Source: Desulfomicrobium sp. (GTDB lineage Bacteria; Desulfobacterota; Desulfovibrionia; Desulfovibrionales; Desulfomicrobiaceae). Taken from it: a DNA stretch of 64,000 bases. This document shows positions 1 to 9,321 of the stretch, one piece after another (position 1 is the stretch's first letter; each line of letters begins with the position of its first letter). Under the pieces are notes generated by a model. That model made no database searches. It was not told the DNA's origin and saw only the letters and a program-made list of their open reading frames with translations. A program made the position numbers and the translations under genes. The stretch covers positions 224,001 through 288,000 of the forward strand of contig JAXGMI010000001.1 in NCBI GenBank assembly GCA_040768745.1, given 5' to 3'.

Positions 1-474
1 GGCTGGGAACGCATGTGCACGATCAGTTCTCCCAGCTCCTTGTCCTTGGGCAGACGGACCACCACCTGACAGTTGGACTTGGAGGAAAAGCCTCCAATCA
101 TGCCCACCAGAAGTTCCCAACTGCCCAGATGCGCCGTCGTGGCCACCACGGGCCGGGATGTCCGTGACATGCGGGCAAAGAGGTCGGGGTTTTCGAATTC
201 CGTTGACGCCTGCAGAAAACGCGGTCCCACCTGGCGGGTATGAAAAATTTCCAGGAACGCATCGGCGGTATTGGTGAAGCTGTCCCGCGCCAGCCGCCGA
301 GCCTCGCCCAAGGGCAGACCCAGGGCGTTCCTGCACGCAGGCTATGGTTTCCCGCCGCCTCCTGGGCAGGGCAACCCACAACAGACGGCCCAGGCCGGCG
401 CCGAGGGCATGGAGCTGAGCCAGACTGAGTCGCGTGCCAAGCGGCAGCAGGGCATTGTAGAAAAGATCGCGCAT
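1..474 (-). CDS. Lipid A biosynthesis lauroyl/lysophospholipid acyltransferase (LpxL/HtrB-like), frameshifted, runs off the window start
   Basis: Manual translation: MRDLFYNALLPLG...; after a frame change ...RPVVATTAHLGSWELLVGMIGG, which contains the H(L)GxWE acyltransferase motif. Confidence 0.75.
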   Translation of the reverse strand, partial: MRDLFYNALLPLGTRLSLAQLHALGAGLGRLLWVALPRRRRETIACVQERPGSALGRGSAAGAGQLHQYRRCVPGNFSYPPGGTAFSAGVNGIRKPRPLCPHVTDIPARGGHDGASGQLGTSGGHDWRLFLQVQLSGGGPSAQGQGAGRTDRAHAFPA

Positions 475-1111
475 CACATCCTCCCCAGGCTGTCCATGAC
501 CTGCTCTACATGCAGGCAGAGCCGGTCCAGCTCACCCGGATCGTCTCCGGACAGGGAGAGATGCATGGGGGTGCCGTATATGATGGTGCAGGTGGAAAAT
601 GGCCAGGGCAGCTGGAATTTGTCCCAGGCCCGATGGAAGATCTTGGCCCTCCCCATGACGGCCCGCACCGGAACAATGGGAGACCCGGCGTGGGAAGCCA
701 GAAAAATGGCGCCGGGCTTGACCTTGTGACGCGGACCGCGCGGGCCGTCCACAGTGAAGATGATTCCCACCCCTTTTCATCCATGACCCGTTTGGCAGCC
801 ACAAGGGCCCGCATCCCGCCTCGGGAACTGGACCCTCGTACCGTCAGGAAACCAAAACGGCGGAGCACCTCGGCCAGCAATTCCCCGTCCCGACTCTGGC
901 TGACCACGCAGGCCATGGATTCCCCCTCGTGGAAGGGAATGAGCGGAAAGATCTCGTCATGCCAGAGGATGACCACTGGGCGCTGGGCTCGCAAGCCCGG
1001 ATCCATGAAGACGTCGACATTGACCCGCCGCACACGCAGGGTCAGATGCCACAAGCGCACGGCCCAGGCCAAAACCGAGCCAAGCAATTTGGGTGAAACG
1101 GATAGGCGCAC
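474..1111 (-). CDS. DUF374 lysophospholipid acyltransferase family protein, one frameshift near 770
   Basis: WH...SQSRDGE...VRGSSSRGG (ORF 506-1111) continues as FTVDGPRGP...KPG...WDKFQLPWPF (ORF 474-770). Confidence 0.85.
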
Positions 1112-1233
1112 TCCCCCTCCTCGGGTTGGGGCAACGTATTTACTCTGTCAATCTTGAATGCGTAACTTTATAGATTTAAACTATTTGACCGGTGCATGGG
1201 AACGCGTACAGCAGAAAAAAAGGAGTTCGAACC

Positions 1234-1838
1234 ATGTCCATTCTCCTCAACTGTGAAGGCGAACCATGCCCCAATCCCGTGCTGCGCTGCAAGCGACTTC
1301 TGGAGGAACAATCCCCCCGGAGCCTGGAGGTGGTTGTGGACAACGACGCCGCCAAGGAAAACGTCGTCCGTTTCCTGAGCAGCAAGAACATGCGCATCGA
1401 TCACACACGGCGGGACGGAAATCTGTGGGTCATCACGGCCTCGCAAATCTCGGGCCCGGATCAGGATGCTGCTGAGCAGACAGGCGCCTGTCCGGCTTGC
1501 GCACCCAGGATTTTGGTCTTCCTGACTTCAGACGTCATCGGCCATGGAGACGCGACGCTGGGTGCGAAGCTGATGGGCAATTTCATCAACACCCTTCCCG
1601 AGTTGGGAAACGCCCTGTGGAGGATCATCATGGTCAACGGCGCGGTCAAGCTGGCCACAAAGAGCAGTCCTTGCATCGACAAGCTCAGGGAGCTGGAGGC
1701 TGCGGGCGTATCCATACTGGTCTGCGGTACCTGCCTGGATTTTTTGAACTCCTGAACCAGAAGGATGTCGGTCAGGTGACAAACATGCTGGATGTGGTCA
1801 CCAGCCAGCAGGTGGCAGACAAGATCATTGCCCTCTAG
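1234..1838 (+). CDS. yedF: Sulfurtransferase-like selenium metabolism protein YedF (TusA + DsrE domains), frameshift near 1745
   Basis: CPNPV TusA motif; LGAKLMGNF...NGAVKL...VCGTCLDF, then in another frame VGQVTNMLDVV. Confidence 0.85.
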
Positions 1839-1839
1839 T

Positions 1840-2304
1840 TCACCCCTGTGGACCTGGTGCCCGCTTCAGGTCCGCCTCCCCGCTCGCCAATGGCATCCCG
1901 GCCCCTTTCCAGGCCAGAATCCCCCCGCGCAGTTCAAAAATCCGCTGGAAGCCCAGGGAGTCAGCCAGAGCCAGGACATGCGAAGTGCGGTTTCCGCTGC
2001 GACAGTACACGAACAGGGTTGCCCCTCTATCCAGTGCCGCGAAGCGGTCCCGGAAATCCGGCGAGTAGTAGTTGAGCAGTACCGCGCCCTCGATATGCCC
2101 CTGGCTGAATTCCTCGGGCGTGCGTACGTCCAGGATCATGAATTCGGGATTACTCCGGTTCCTGTGCATGAGCTCGGCGGCAGCAGCCGGCTCCAGCAGG
2201 CGGGGATCCCGGGACGGGCACGCAGCGAGGAGCACCAGCATGACCCATGCCCCGGCCATGGCCGCGAGGGGCATGGCTGACCTGTGGCAGACAGCAGCCA
2301 TCAT
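1840..2304 (-). CDS. Rhodanese-like domain lipoprotein
   Basis: LAAC lipobox; DVRTPEEF..GHIEGA; YCRSGNR. Confidence 0.88.
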   Translation of the reverse strand: MMAAVCHRSAMPLAAMAGAWVMLVLLAACPSRDPRLLEPAAAAELMHRNRSNPEFMILDVRTPEEFSQGHIEGAVLLNYYSPDFRDRFAALDRGATLFVYCRSGNRTSHVLALADSLGFQRIFELRGGILAWKGAGMPLASGEADLKRAPGPQG

Positions 2305-3095
2305 GTGATACGCTCCGGCGCCGCAAAGATGGAAAACCTGTTCTGGCGGGCAAAGCCAATCAGGGTCAGATTCAGGTCATGGGCCAGAAGCACGGCCTGA
2401 TGGGTCGGGGCGCCGAGGGAAACAAGCACTGGGATACCAGCCCTTCTGGTCTTGTGCACGATCTCCGAAGAAATACGGCCAGACGTGACCAGCAGAGTCC
2501 GCTCCAGGTCCACTCCCATTGCCAAAGCCCTGCCCACGACCTTGTCCGCGGCGTTGTGCCGGCCGACGTCGTCCCGGATAAGCTCGGGATCCGCACCATC
2601 CACGCTCAACGCCACGGTGTGCACGCCTCCTGTGGCGTGGTGCAGATCCGAATGGCGGCGGAACCAGTTGGCCAACTCCTGCACGCGGACCCCGGCAATG
2701 GCAAAGCCGGCGGACAGAGGGCTTCGCCCGGCAAGCTCCAAGGGGCTGGAGAACATGACCCCCTTGCCGCAGCCGGACGTGAATGTCCGCCGGAACAACT
2801 GGCTTGGCTCCACCTTGTGTCCAAGGCGAGCATACACCACCCAATGCGCCTCATCCACTTCACACCCAAGAAAATCACCGGACCGCTGCATCAGGCCGGA
2901 GGTGAAAAGAAATCCGCGGGCCAGATCATCCAGATGTTCTGGCGTGCCCATTAGGGTCGCAATCTCCAGCCCGTCCACCATGATGGTCACCGGGACTTCC
3001 GTTGCCACCACATCGGTCTCCATCCGGGGGCCTTCAGCCGTGACCTTGACGATATCCATTCGCACCAGGGGTTCCAAAGGCTGTGGGTCAGCCAT
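2301..3095 (-). CDS. fdhD: Formate dehydrogenase accessory sulfurtransferase FdhD
   Basis: SGCGK, TGGVH, DVGRHNAADK, SGRISSEIV, APT..AV motifs. Confidence 0.93.
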   Translation of the reverse strand: MADPQPLEPLVRMDIVKVTAEGPRMETDVVATEVPVTIMVDGLEIATLMGTPEHLDDLARGFLFTSGLMQRSGDFLGCEVDEAHWVVYARLGHKVEPSQLFRRTFTSGCGKGVMFSSPLELAGRSPLSAGFAIAGVRVQELANWFRRHSDLHHATGGVHTVALSVDGADPELIRDDVGRHNAADKVVGRALAMGVDLERTLLVTSGRISSEIVHKTRRAGIPVLVSLGAPTHQAVLLAHDLNLTLIGFARQNRFSIFAAPERIT

Positions 3096-3269
3096 GCAGC
3101 ACGCTCCTTCATTGTCGCTTCACATTCCCTCTGCCGGAAAGAAAGGTGGCCATTTCATGGCCTCGAGACCGGCACCGGGCCACCCGTTTCCATGCCTTGC
3201 AGGCACTTGGGTTCATTCCTAGTTACAGACACAGGCCTGTCAAGCAAAGAGAGCCGTACCCCCTGCCGT

Positions 3270-3287
3270 TTGTGACATTCTTCACGA
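3270..3287. promoter_or_regulatory. Putative Rex (or CRP/FNR-type) operator upstream of cytochrome c3
   Basis: TTGTGACATTCTTCACGA matches 12/14 of TTGTGAA-N4-TTCACAA. Confidence 0.5.
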
Positions 3288-3398
3288 TTACATTCTTGCC
3301 CTCCAGCGCCAAAGGGGATATTGGGTCGTGCTGCGAAGGGAATTATCCGGCCCTCCTGCGGGAGGACCGGAACAAGGTCATACACCAAGGAGGAAGAG

Positions 3399-3805
3399 AT
3401 GAATCGTATTGCTGCCCTGGTTCTGATTGGGTTGATGATGGTCTTGGGTGGTGCTGCCGTGGCCCTGGCCGGGAACCTCGAAATTCCCCAAAGCGTCACG
3501 CTGAGTCCAAAGCAGTTTCAAGGCTACACCCCCAAGAAAGGGGACGTCACGTTCAACCATGCCTCACACATGCACATTGCTTGCGCGGACTGTCATCACA
3601 CCGTTCCTGACACCTACACCTTCGAGGGCTGCATGACCGAAGGCTGCCACGATGACATTCAAAACAGGGCTGAAGTCAATTCCGTGTTCCGGACCTTCCA
3701 CACCACCAAAGACACAACCAAGAGCTGTGTGGGCTGTCACCGCAACCTCAAGAAACAAGGCCAGGGCGACGCTCCCTGGCCTGCAACAGTTGCCACGTAA
3801 AATGA
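3399..3805 (+). CDS. Periplasmic tetrahaem cytochrome c3, frameshift near 3777
   Basis: Signal peptide; VTFNHASH; CADCHH, CMTEGCH, CVGCH; fourth motif ACNSCHVK* in a shifted frame. Confidence 0.9.
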
Positions 3806-3874
3806 CGTGCACGCCCCCGGAAGCCCGGGGCTGCTCCGTCCTTTTGCCGGCCATCGGTATTTTTCCCCGGATGT

Positions 3875-4561
3875 TCAGGCCGGATACACATCCGTTGACC
3901 GCAAACGAACCGGCACCTGCTCCAGGTCCCAATTCCCCGCCTCGATCTGCTCCCTGAAGGCCTGAGTGCGATAGGTGGTTCTGCGCAGAATGGGGCGTTG
4001 GTGGCTGGACAGCCACTGATGGCGGACCCTGACGTATTCGCTGACCCACCTCTCCTCGGATCCCCCCAGGGACGGTGGGCTTTCTTCAAACCGTTGCCGC
4101 AGAAACCACAAGATCCCCCCGCTGTGGATGAAGGAATCGTACACCACAAGCAAAGACAGGGCCTTGGCCAATCCATGGTCGTCAGCCCAACTCAGGGCGG
4201 GAAGAAAATAGGCCTCCTCGAAAAATTGATCCTGGATGGACCGCATGACCGGATCACCCCTGCCCGCGGCTCGGAGCGCTGCCCTGAATTCCCCATCGTA
4301 GGTCAGGGCATCGCTTCCCACCCGCGGGGCATAGGGAGCAAGGACTGCGCTGTAGATGCCCCCGGCCGCTATATACATCCCCACCAGCTTGCGCAGATTG
4401 CCGTACTCCGTTGTCTGGGCCCGGCCGTATGAAAGCTGACGCATGCGGTGCGGACCATCGGCCTGAATGGATATGGCACCATAATCGCCTTCAGGGCGAC
4501 CTGTCTCCATGGCGTTGATCAGCCGCTCCACAAGACTGCGCTGTTTCTCTGACAAATACAT
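3875..4561 (-). CDS. GH46 chitosanase / lysozyme-like glycoside hydrolase
   Basis: INAMETG..YG..DG..QLSYGRAQTTEYGNL; QDQFF..YF.PA; VYDSFIHSG. Confidence 0.75.
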   Translation of the reverse strand: MYLSEKQRSLVERLINAMETGRPEGDYGAISIQADGPHRMRQLSYGRAQTTEYGNLRKLVGMYIAAGGIYSAVLAPYAPRVGSDALTYDGEFRAALRAAGRGDPVMRSIQDQFFEEAYFLPALSWADDHGLAKALSLLVVYDSFIHSGGILWFLRQRFEESPPSLGGSEERWVSEYVRVRHQWLSSHQRPILRRTTYRTQAFREQIEAGNWDLEQVPVRLRSTDVYPA

Positions 4562-4715
4562 TTCCCCACCTCGTTCTGTGCGGGATTGGCAGGCGCCTGC
4601 ACCACATTCATACAAATCAAAAGATTATCGAAAATTGATTCTTGAAATGCCCTGCAAAATATGGGAGGAACGCTGCATTCTTACGTCACCCTAGCCGCCC
4701 TGCTCAACCCCAAAT

Positions 4716-5279
4716 GTGGTGCGTCATGAATCAACCCGGCAGGCCTATGCAAAAAAGAACACGAAGATTTCCTTGCGCACGCAAGAAACAACCCTGACCA
4801 AGCTGAGAATCATCAGCCGCATCGAGGGCAAGACCATCTCCTCCCTCATTGAGAACGTGCTCACCGAGCACGTCCTTCAACCGGAAAATCCCTTGCCCCT
4901 GTCAGAGGAAAAACGGAGTTCTCCCCGCAAGAAATGCTCCATCCCGGTCGTCATTTCCCTGGCCAACAACACTGCGCCGACATACTGCAACGGCGTCATT
5001 GTCAATTTTTCGCCCTTCGCCATGCAGATCATCCTTTCGGATCAGGCATCTGGCCACCTTCAGTTAGGCGCCGAGCTCCACGCACTCTTCACCCTGCCCA
5101 CAAGCGCCATGCCGCTGCTCCTTTCCGGCGTCGTTTCCAGGATCGATCATGCCCCTGGTGAATGCATGATCACTTCCGGCATTCGTGGAAGTGAGCGGCA
5201 TGAATTGGATTGCATCAATAAATTTGTCAGGGACAAGGCGCCATCGAAATCCGGAACAGGCCACCTTGTATATTCGTGA
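4716..5279 (+). CDS. PilZ-domain protein with an N-terminal ribbon-helix-helix-like region
   Basis: KISLRT...ISSLIENVL (RHH-like); RSSPR RxxxR motif followed by a beta-rich domain. Confidence 0.65.
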   Translation: MVRHESTRQAYAKKNTKISLRTQETTLTKLRIISRIEGKTISSLIENVLTEHVLQPENPLPLSEEKRSSPRKKCSIPVVISLANNTAPTYCNGVIVNFSPFAMQIILSDQASGHLQLGAELHALFTLPTSAMPLLLSGVVSRIDHAPGECMITSGIRGSERHELDCINKFVRDKAPSKSGTGHLVYS

Positions 5280-5320
5280 CTTTCTGCGTCCGTTAACATT
5301 TTTGCAGAAGGCGTAGCGCC

Positions 5321-5998
5321 ATGGAACGTAAAAATCTCCTGAAACGGCGGGTTCTCCGGGATGATGTGGCCGAGTATCTCATGCAAGCCATCCTGGCGGG
5401 CAGCCTCAACCCCGGCGACAAAATCGTGGAATCGAAATTGGCCCGGGAGCTCTCCATCAGCCAGGGGGCTGTGCGTGAGGCGATCCGGGACCTCATCGCC
5501 CAGGGCGTGCTTGAAACCGAGCCGTACAAAGGCACCCGCATCCGCACCCTCTCCCGGGCACAGCTTGACGACTACTACGACGTGCGGACGGAAATTGAGT
5601 CCATTGCCGTCCGCTGGAGCATCGTCAAACATCAATCACGCTATCTTGATCTGGCGCATCTCAAGTCCTGCGTGGACAACATGGCCATCTGCGTCCAGAA
5701 CAACGATACCACGAACATGCGCAAACACGACATGGCCTTCCATCAGGCCATCGTTCTGGCTGCGCACAGCGAGTCTCTGGCCAAGGCCTGGAATTCTCTG
5801 GGCAATTATTACTGGAGCTATATCGCGGTTCACTACGACCATGCCGCCTCCCTGCTGCCGGCCCAGGTCGAAAAGCACCGCACCATGTACGAGGCCATCG
5901 CCGCGGCAGACATCAGCGCCTATGCCCAATGCGTGCGCGGCCATTACTTCGATGCGGACACCCTGTTCCCGACGGAGGGCGAGGGTTCAGCACCGTAG
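5321..5998 (+). CDS. GntR/FCD family transcriptional regulator
   Basis: LNPGDKIVESKLARELSISQGAVREA; D..FH..I FCD motif. Confidence 0.92.
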   Translation: MERKNLLKRRVLRDDVAEYLMQAILAGSLNPGDKIVESKLARELSISQGAVREAIRDLIAQGVLETEPYKGTRIRTLSRAQLDDYYDVRTEIESIAVRWSIVKHQSRYLDLAHLKSCVDNMAICVQNNDTTNMRKHDMAFHQAIVLAAHSESLAKAWNSLGNYYWSYIAVHYDHAASLLPAQVEKHRTMYEAIAAADISAYAQCVRGHYFDADTLFPTEGEGSAP

Positions 5999-6059
5999 AC
6001 GCGGACAAAAAATGCTTGCCAAAGCTCCGGGGCTTGCATAATGACGCATTTCACGCCGT

Positions 6060-6146
6060 GCCGAAGTGGTGGAATTGGTAGACACGCTAGGTTCAGGGTC
6101 TAGTGGGGGTTCCCCCATGGGAGTTCGAGTCTCCCCTTCGGCACCA
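6060..6146 (+). tRNA. tRNA-Leu(CAG)
   Basis: Cloverleaf with anticodon loop TTCAGGG, long variable arm, GTTCGAGT T-loop, CCA end. Confidence 0.95.
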
Positions 6147-6156
6147 ACTGATCCTA

Positions 6157-6196
6157 AAAGGATGTTAGCTAACTGGCTAGCATCCTTTCTTTTTTC
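6157..6196 (+). terminator. Intrinsic terminator after the tRNA
   Basis: AAAGGATGTTAGC...GCTAGCATCCTTT hairpin followed by a T-run. Confidence 0.7.
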
Positions 6197-6256
6197 TGCC
6201 TTTCAGAATCAAATAAGGATGCCGGAAAAGCTCAGAAAATAGGTTGACTGTCCAAC

Positions 6257-7130
6257 TTGATACAATTCATTTGTAAAATTGGGCGGTACGTTATGGGCTA
6301 TGGGCATTATCTGGTGCGGGTTCAGACCACATATCATTTCCGGTACACTCTCCCCTCTTGGGCCATTGGCAACCCTAAGCCTATTCAGCTAAAGCGGTCA
6401 CTGGCAATTCATGACGCAAAGGCCGCTAAGAAGCTCTCAAGGCATCTGGCGAGCCAACTAGAGCTATTTCTGATAACTTCATCCTTGGGGATTGTTGATA
6501 TGAATCAAGACGAGAGGAAGCGGGTTCTATTCCGATTTCTGGAGCAAGAAATATCTGATTGGAAGTCAGTCCATGCCAATGGCCCAAGGCTCACAAGGGA
6601 ACAGCATGAAGAGCGCGTCAAGGCTGCTCAGGATTCAAGGAAAGACGTTCTATGGGATATTCAAAGCTCAAATCTCAAGCCCTCACTTGAGAAGGTCACA
6701 ACGCTTTATCGGCAACTTGGAATGATGGATGAAGCAGACAAAAATGATGCCTATGATTACGCACTAACAGAAGCATTGTTTCATCAGTTTGTGGAGATGA
6801 CGCTTTCAGGAAATCCTGAAATGGCTCAAAGGTTAATTGACAGGAATCGACCTGTTGAGCCTGTTCTACCTGTCCAGCAATCAATCCAAGAAAAGCCAGA
6901 TGAGCCTTTAATATCAATTCTTATTCAAGACTATCTTAAAGAACACAAAGAAATATGGGCACAAAAGACCTATGTAAGCTATAAGTCAGATTTGAATTTA
7001 TTTTTGAGTAATATAAAAGATAAGCCAATCAACAAATATACGAAACAAGATTTCTTGCAATTCAGAGAAACATTGAAATCGCTTCCAGCTAGAAATAAGA
7101 AAGGTAATAAAGCAATAACTGCACGATCCT
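6257..7130 (+). pseudogene. Tyrosine integrase N-terminal part (DUF6538-like + core-binding); catalytic domain lost at an IS3 junction
   Basis: TYHFRYTLP...LKRSL; YLKEH..WAQKTY..Y...L..F...KDKPI core-binding helices; the frame runs into the IS end. Confidence 0.75.
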
Positions 7131-7131
7131 C

Positions 7132-8506
7132 TGGGATAGGGTTTTCTTGGACACCAAATTGGGAGTAGAGAGACTCCCCATGAGGTGATTCATGAGCAAA
7201 CAAAGCGACAAGGATATTTCAGCCGTCTCCCCGGTGGAGGGAGGCCGTAGGCCGACTGGAACCGGGGAGACGAAGGCAACTCCCAAGCGATTCTGGGCAC
7301 AGCACAAGACCGAGGCCGTCCTCCGGCTTCTGCGTGGTGAAGACATCGAAACGCTCAGTCGGGAACTCGGCGTGACGGCTGCCACGCTCTCACAATGGAG
7401 AGATGCCTTTCTGGCCGGTGGCGCGGATAGTCTCAAAAAACGCTCTCCGGCGGAGGAGGCCGAATACAAGCGCCTCAATGAGAAAATCGGCGAGCAGACC
7501 ATGGAGATAGAACTGCTCCGCGAGAAGATCCGAATGATGGAGGCAAAAGACCCTTTGGGGTTGCGGAGGTCGAGGAAATGAGCCGGTCCACCTCGCCCTC
7601 CACTGGTCAGACGTATGGGCTGGTGCTGGTTTGCCGGGTCTGGAATCTCCCCAGGTCCACGCATTATGCACGCAAGGTTGCGAATGAGGGCACACCAAGC
7701 CGCCGAGGCCCTATTGGCTTCCACAGTGATGGGGAGTTGTTCGGGCACATCGTGGCATGCATCCAGAACTCCCCTTTTACTGGTGAAGGCTATCGGAAAG
7801 TGTGGGCCAGGTTGCGTTTTGAGGGCATCAGAACGTCCCCCTGCGAACGCTTCGGATCATGAGAGAGAACAACCTGCTCGCAGTGCGCAAGCCCGGCAGG
7901 CCGCATGGCCCCAAGGCGCATGACGGGACGATCAAGACTGCCCGGGTGGACGAGATGTGGGGCACGGACATGACCACGACGATGACCATGCAGGAAGGCA
8001 ACGCTTCGATCTTCCTGGCCGTGGACCACTGCTCTCTGGAGTGTGTCGGCATCCACGCCGCTAAGTACGGGACGCGCTTTGAAGCCCTGGAGCCGATTCG
8101 CCAAGGTGTGCGCCACAGCTTTGGAGCCTTTGGACCCGCCGTGGCAGAGGGCCTGACCCTGCGACATGACAATGGTAGCCAGTACGTTTCCAGTGTGTTT
8201 CAAGAGGAGGTTTCCTTCCTGGGCATCCGGAGTTCGCCTGCTTTCGTCAGAGAACCCCAAGGCAACGGCATCGCCGAGAGGTTCGTGCGCACGCTCAAGG
8301 AAAACCTGCTCTGGGTTCGGCGGTTCGATACGGTCGAGGAACTCCGACTTGCCCTCTTGGAGTTCAAGGAGACGTACAACCGGGAATGGATCATTGGACG
8401 CCACGGCTACAAGACTCCGGCAGCGGTGCGGGCCATCCAGAAAGAGGCCGTGAACGTTGCGGCTTGATTAACCAAAAACGTGTCCAAAAAACCGTAGACC
8501 GATACA
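7132..8506 (+). mobile_element. IS3-family element (orfA 7192-7581; orfB 7578-8467 with a frameshift near 7840)
   Basis: HTH orfA; rve DDE motifs WGTD, HDNGSQY, NGIAERF; imperfect IRs GGTTTTCTTGGACAC / GTGTCCAAAAAACC, right end ...ACA; left boundary approximate. Confidence 0.88.
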
Positions 8507-8598
8507 CCTGATCTAGCCTTCTGGGAGGCGTTTGATAGTGGCCCGGCAATGGAATGGCCTACAGGTTATCAACTTCCAGACGATGACGAACCGCCTAT

Positions 8599-8659
8599 TT
8601 ATGGACCGGGGGATGAAGAGGCTATCGAAAGGCATATGGCGATCCTTGAGGCGGCTTAA
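8599..8659 (+). repeat. ~61-bp direct repeat, copy 1 (copy 2 at 16518-16578)
   Basis: TTATGGACCGGGGGATGAAGAGGCTATCGAAAGGCATATGGCGATCCTTGAGGCGGCTTAA; 3 mismatches to copy 2. Confidence 0.92.
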
Positions 8660-9321
8660 ATGTCTTGACGTTGGGCATTGAATGAGATCATTTTTGTGGG
8701 GCAATTCAACTAAAGGCAAAAGCCGGTTTTTCAAGCTGGATCTAATTATCCACTTGATGAATCTAGACGAAATAGAACATTCCCATACTAAACAATTTCT
8801 GAAACGGCATATTTGCGACGATTAATATGGAGGACAAGATGAAGTTGTACAAACGTATTGTCTCAAATAATATCAAAGAGTCGTAAGCGCTCAGACATCC
8901 GCATTTTCCACGGGCGTCCCTGACCTGCGATAGAAGCAGGAGTCTTTACTTTTTGCGAGGCTTGGGCTTGGGAAGGCTTGGGAGAAGGGATTTGTCCACG
9001 TGCTGCGGCATGAGCGCCCGCATGTCTTCCGTGGTCCGTGCTGCGGGGAAGCGTTCGAAGAGGAATTTCAGGTAGGCTTGGGGCTCGATCTCGTTGGCCT
9101 TGGCGGTTTCCACCAGGGAAAAGAGCATGGCGCTGGCGTCCGCACCCTTGGGGACTCCGGCAAAGAGCCAGTTCTTCCGGCCCAGGGCCACGGGGCGGAT
9201 GGCGTTCTCGGCCGTGTTGTTGTCGGGCGTGAGCAATCCGCAGTCCACGTAGCGCACGGCCCGGCTCCACTGGTTTCGGGCGTAGGTCATGGCCTGTCCG
9301 AGCAGGCTTTTGGGCGGGACG

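Noticed and set aside
1738..1760. TGA in yedF as a selenocysteine codon
   Set aside because: The conserved C-terminus continues in a different frame after a T-run, so it is a frameshift and not read-through.
1..3805. Frameshifts in the acyltransferases, yedF and cytochrome c3 (also hisF, IS3 orfB and mprF) as programmed frameshifting, phase variation or real pseudogenes
   Set aside because: They are mostly one-base losses in short homopolymers. The inner IS66 tnpC has CCC at ~12029 where the outer copy has CCCC, which points to sequencing indels.
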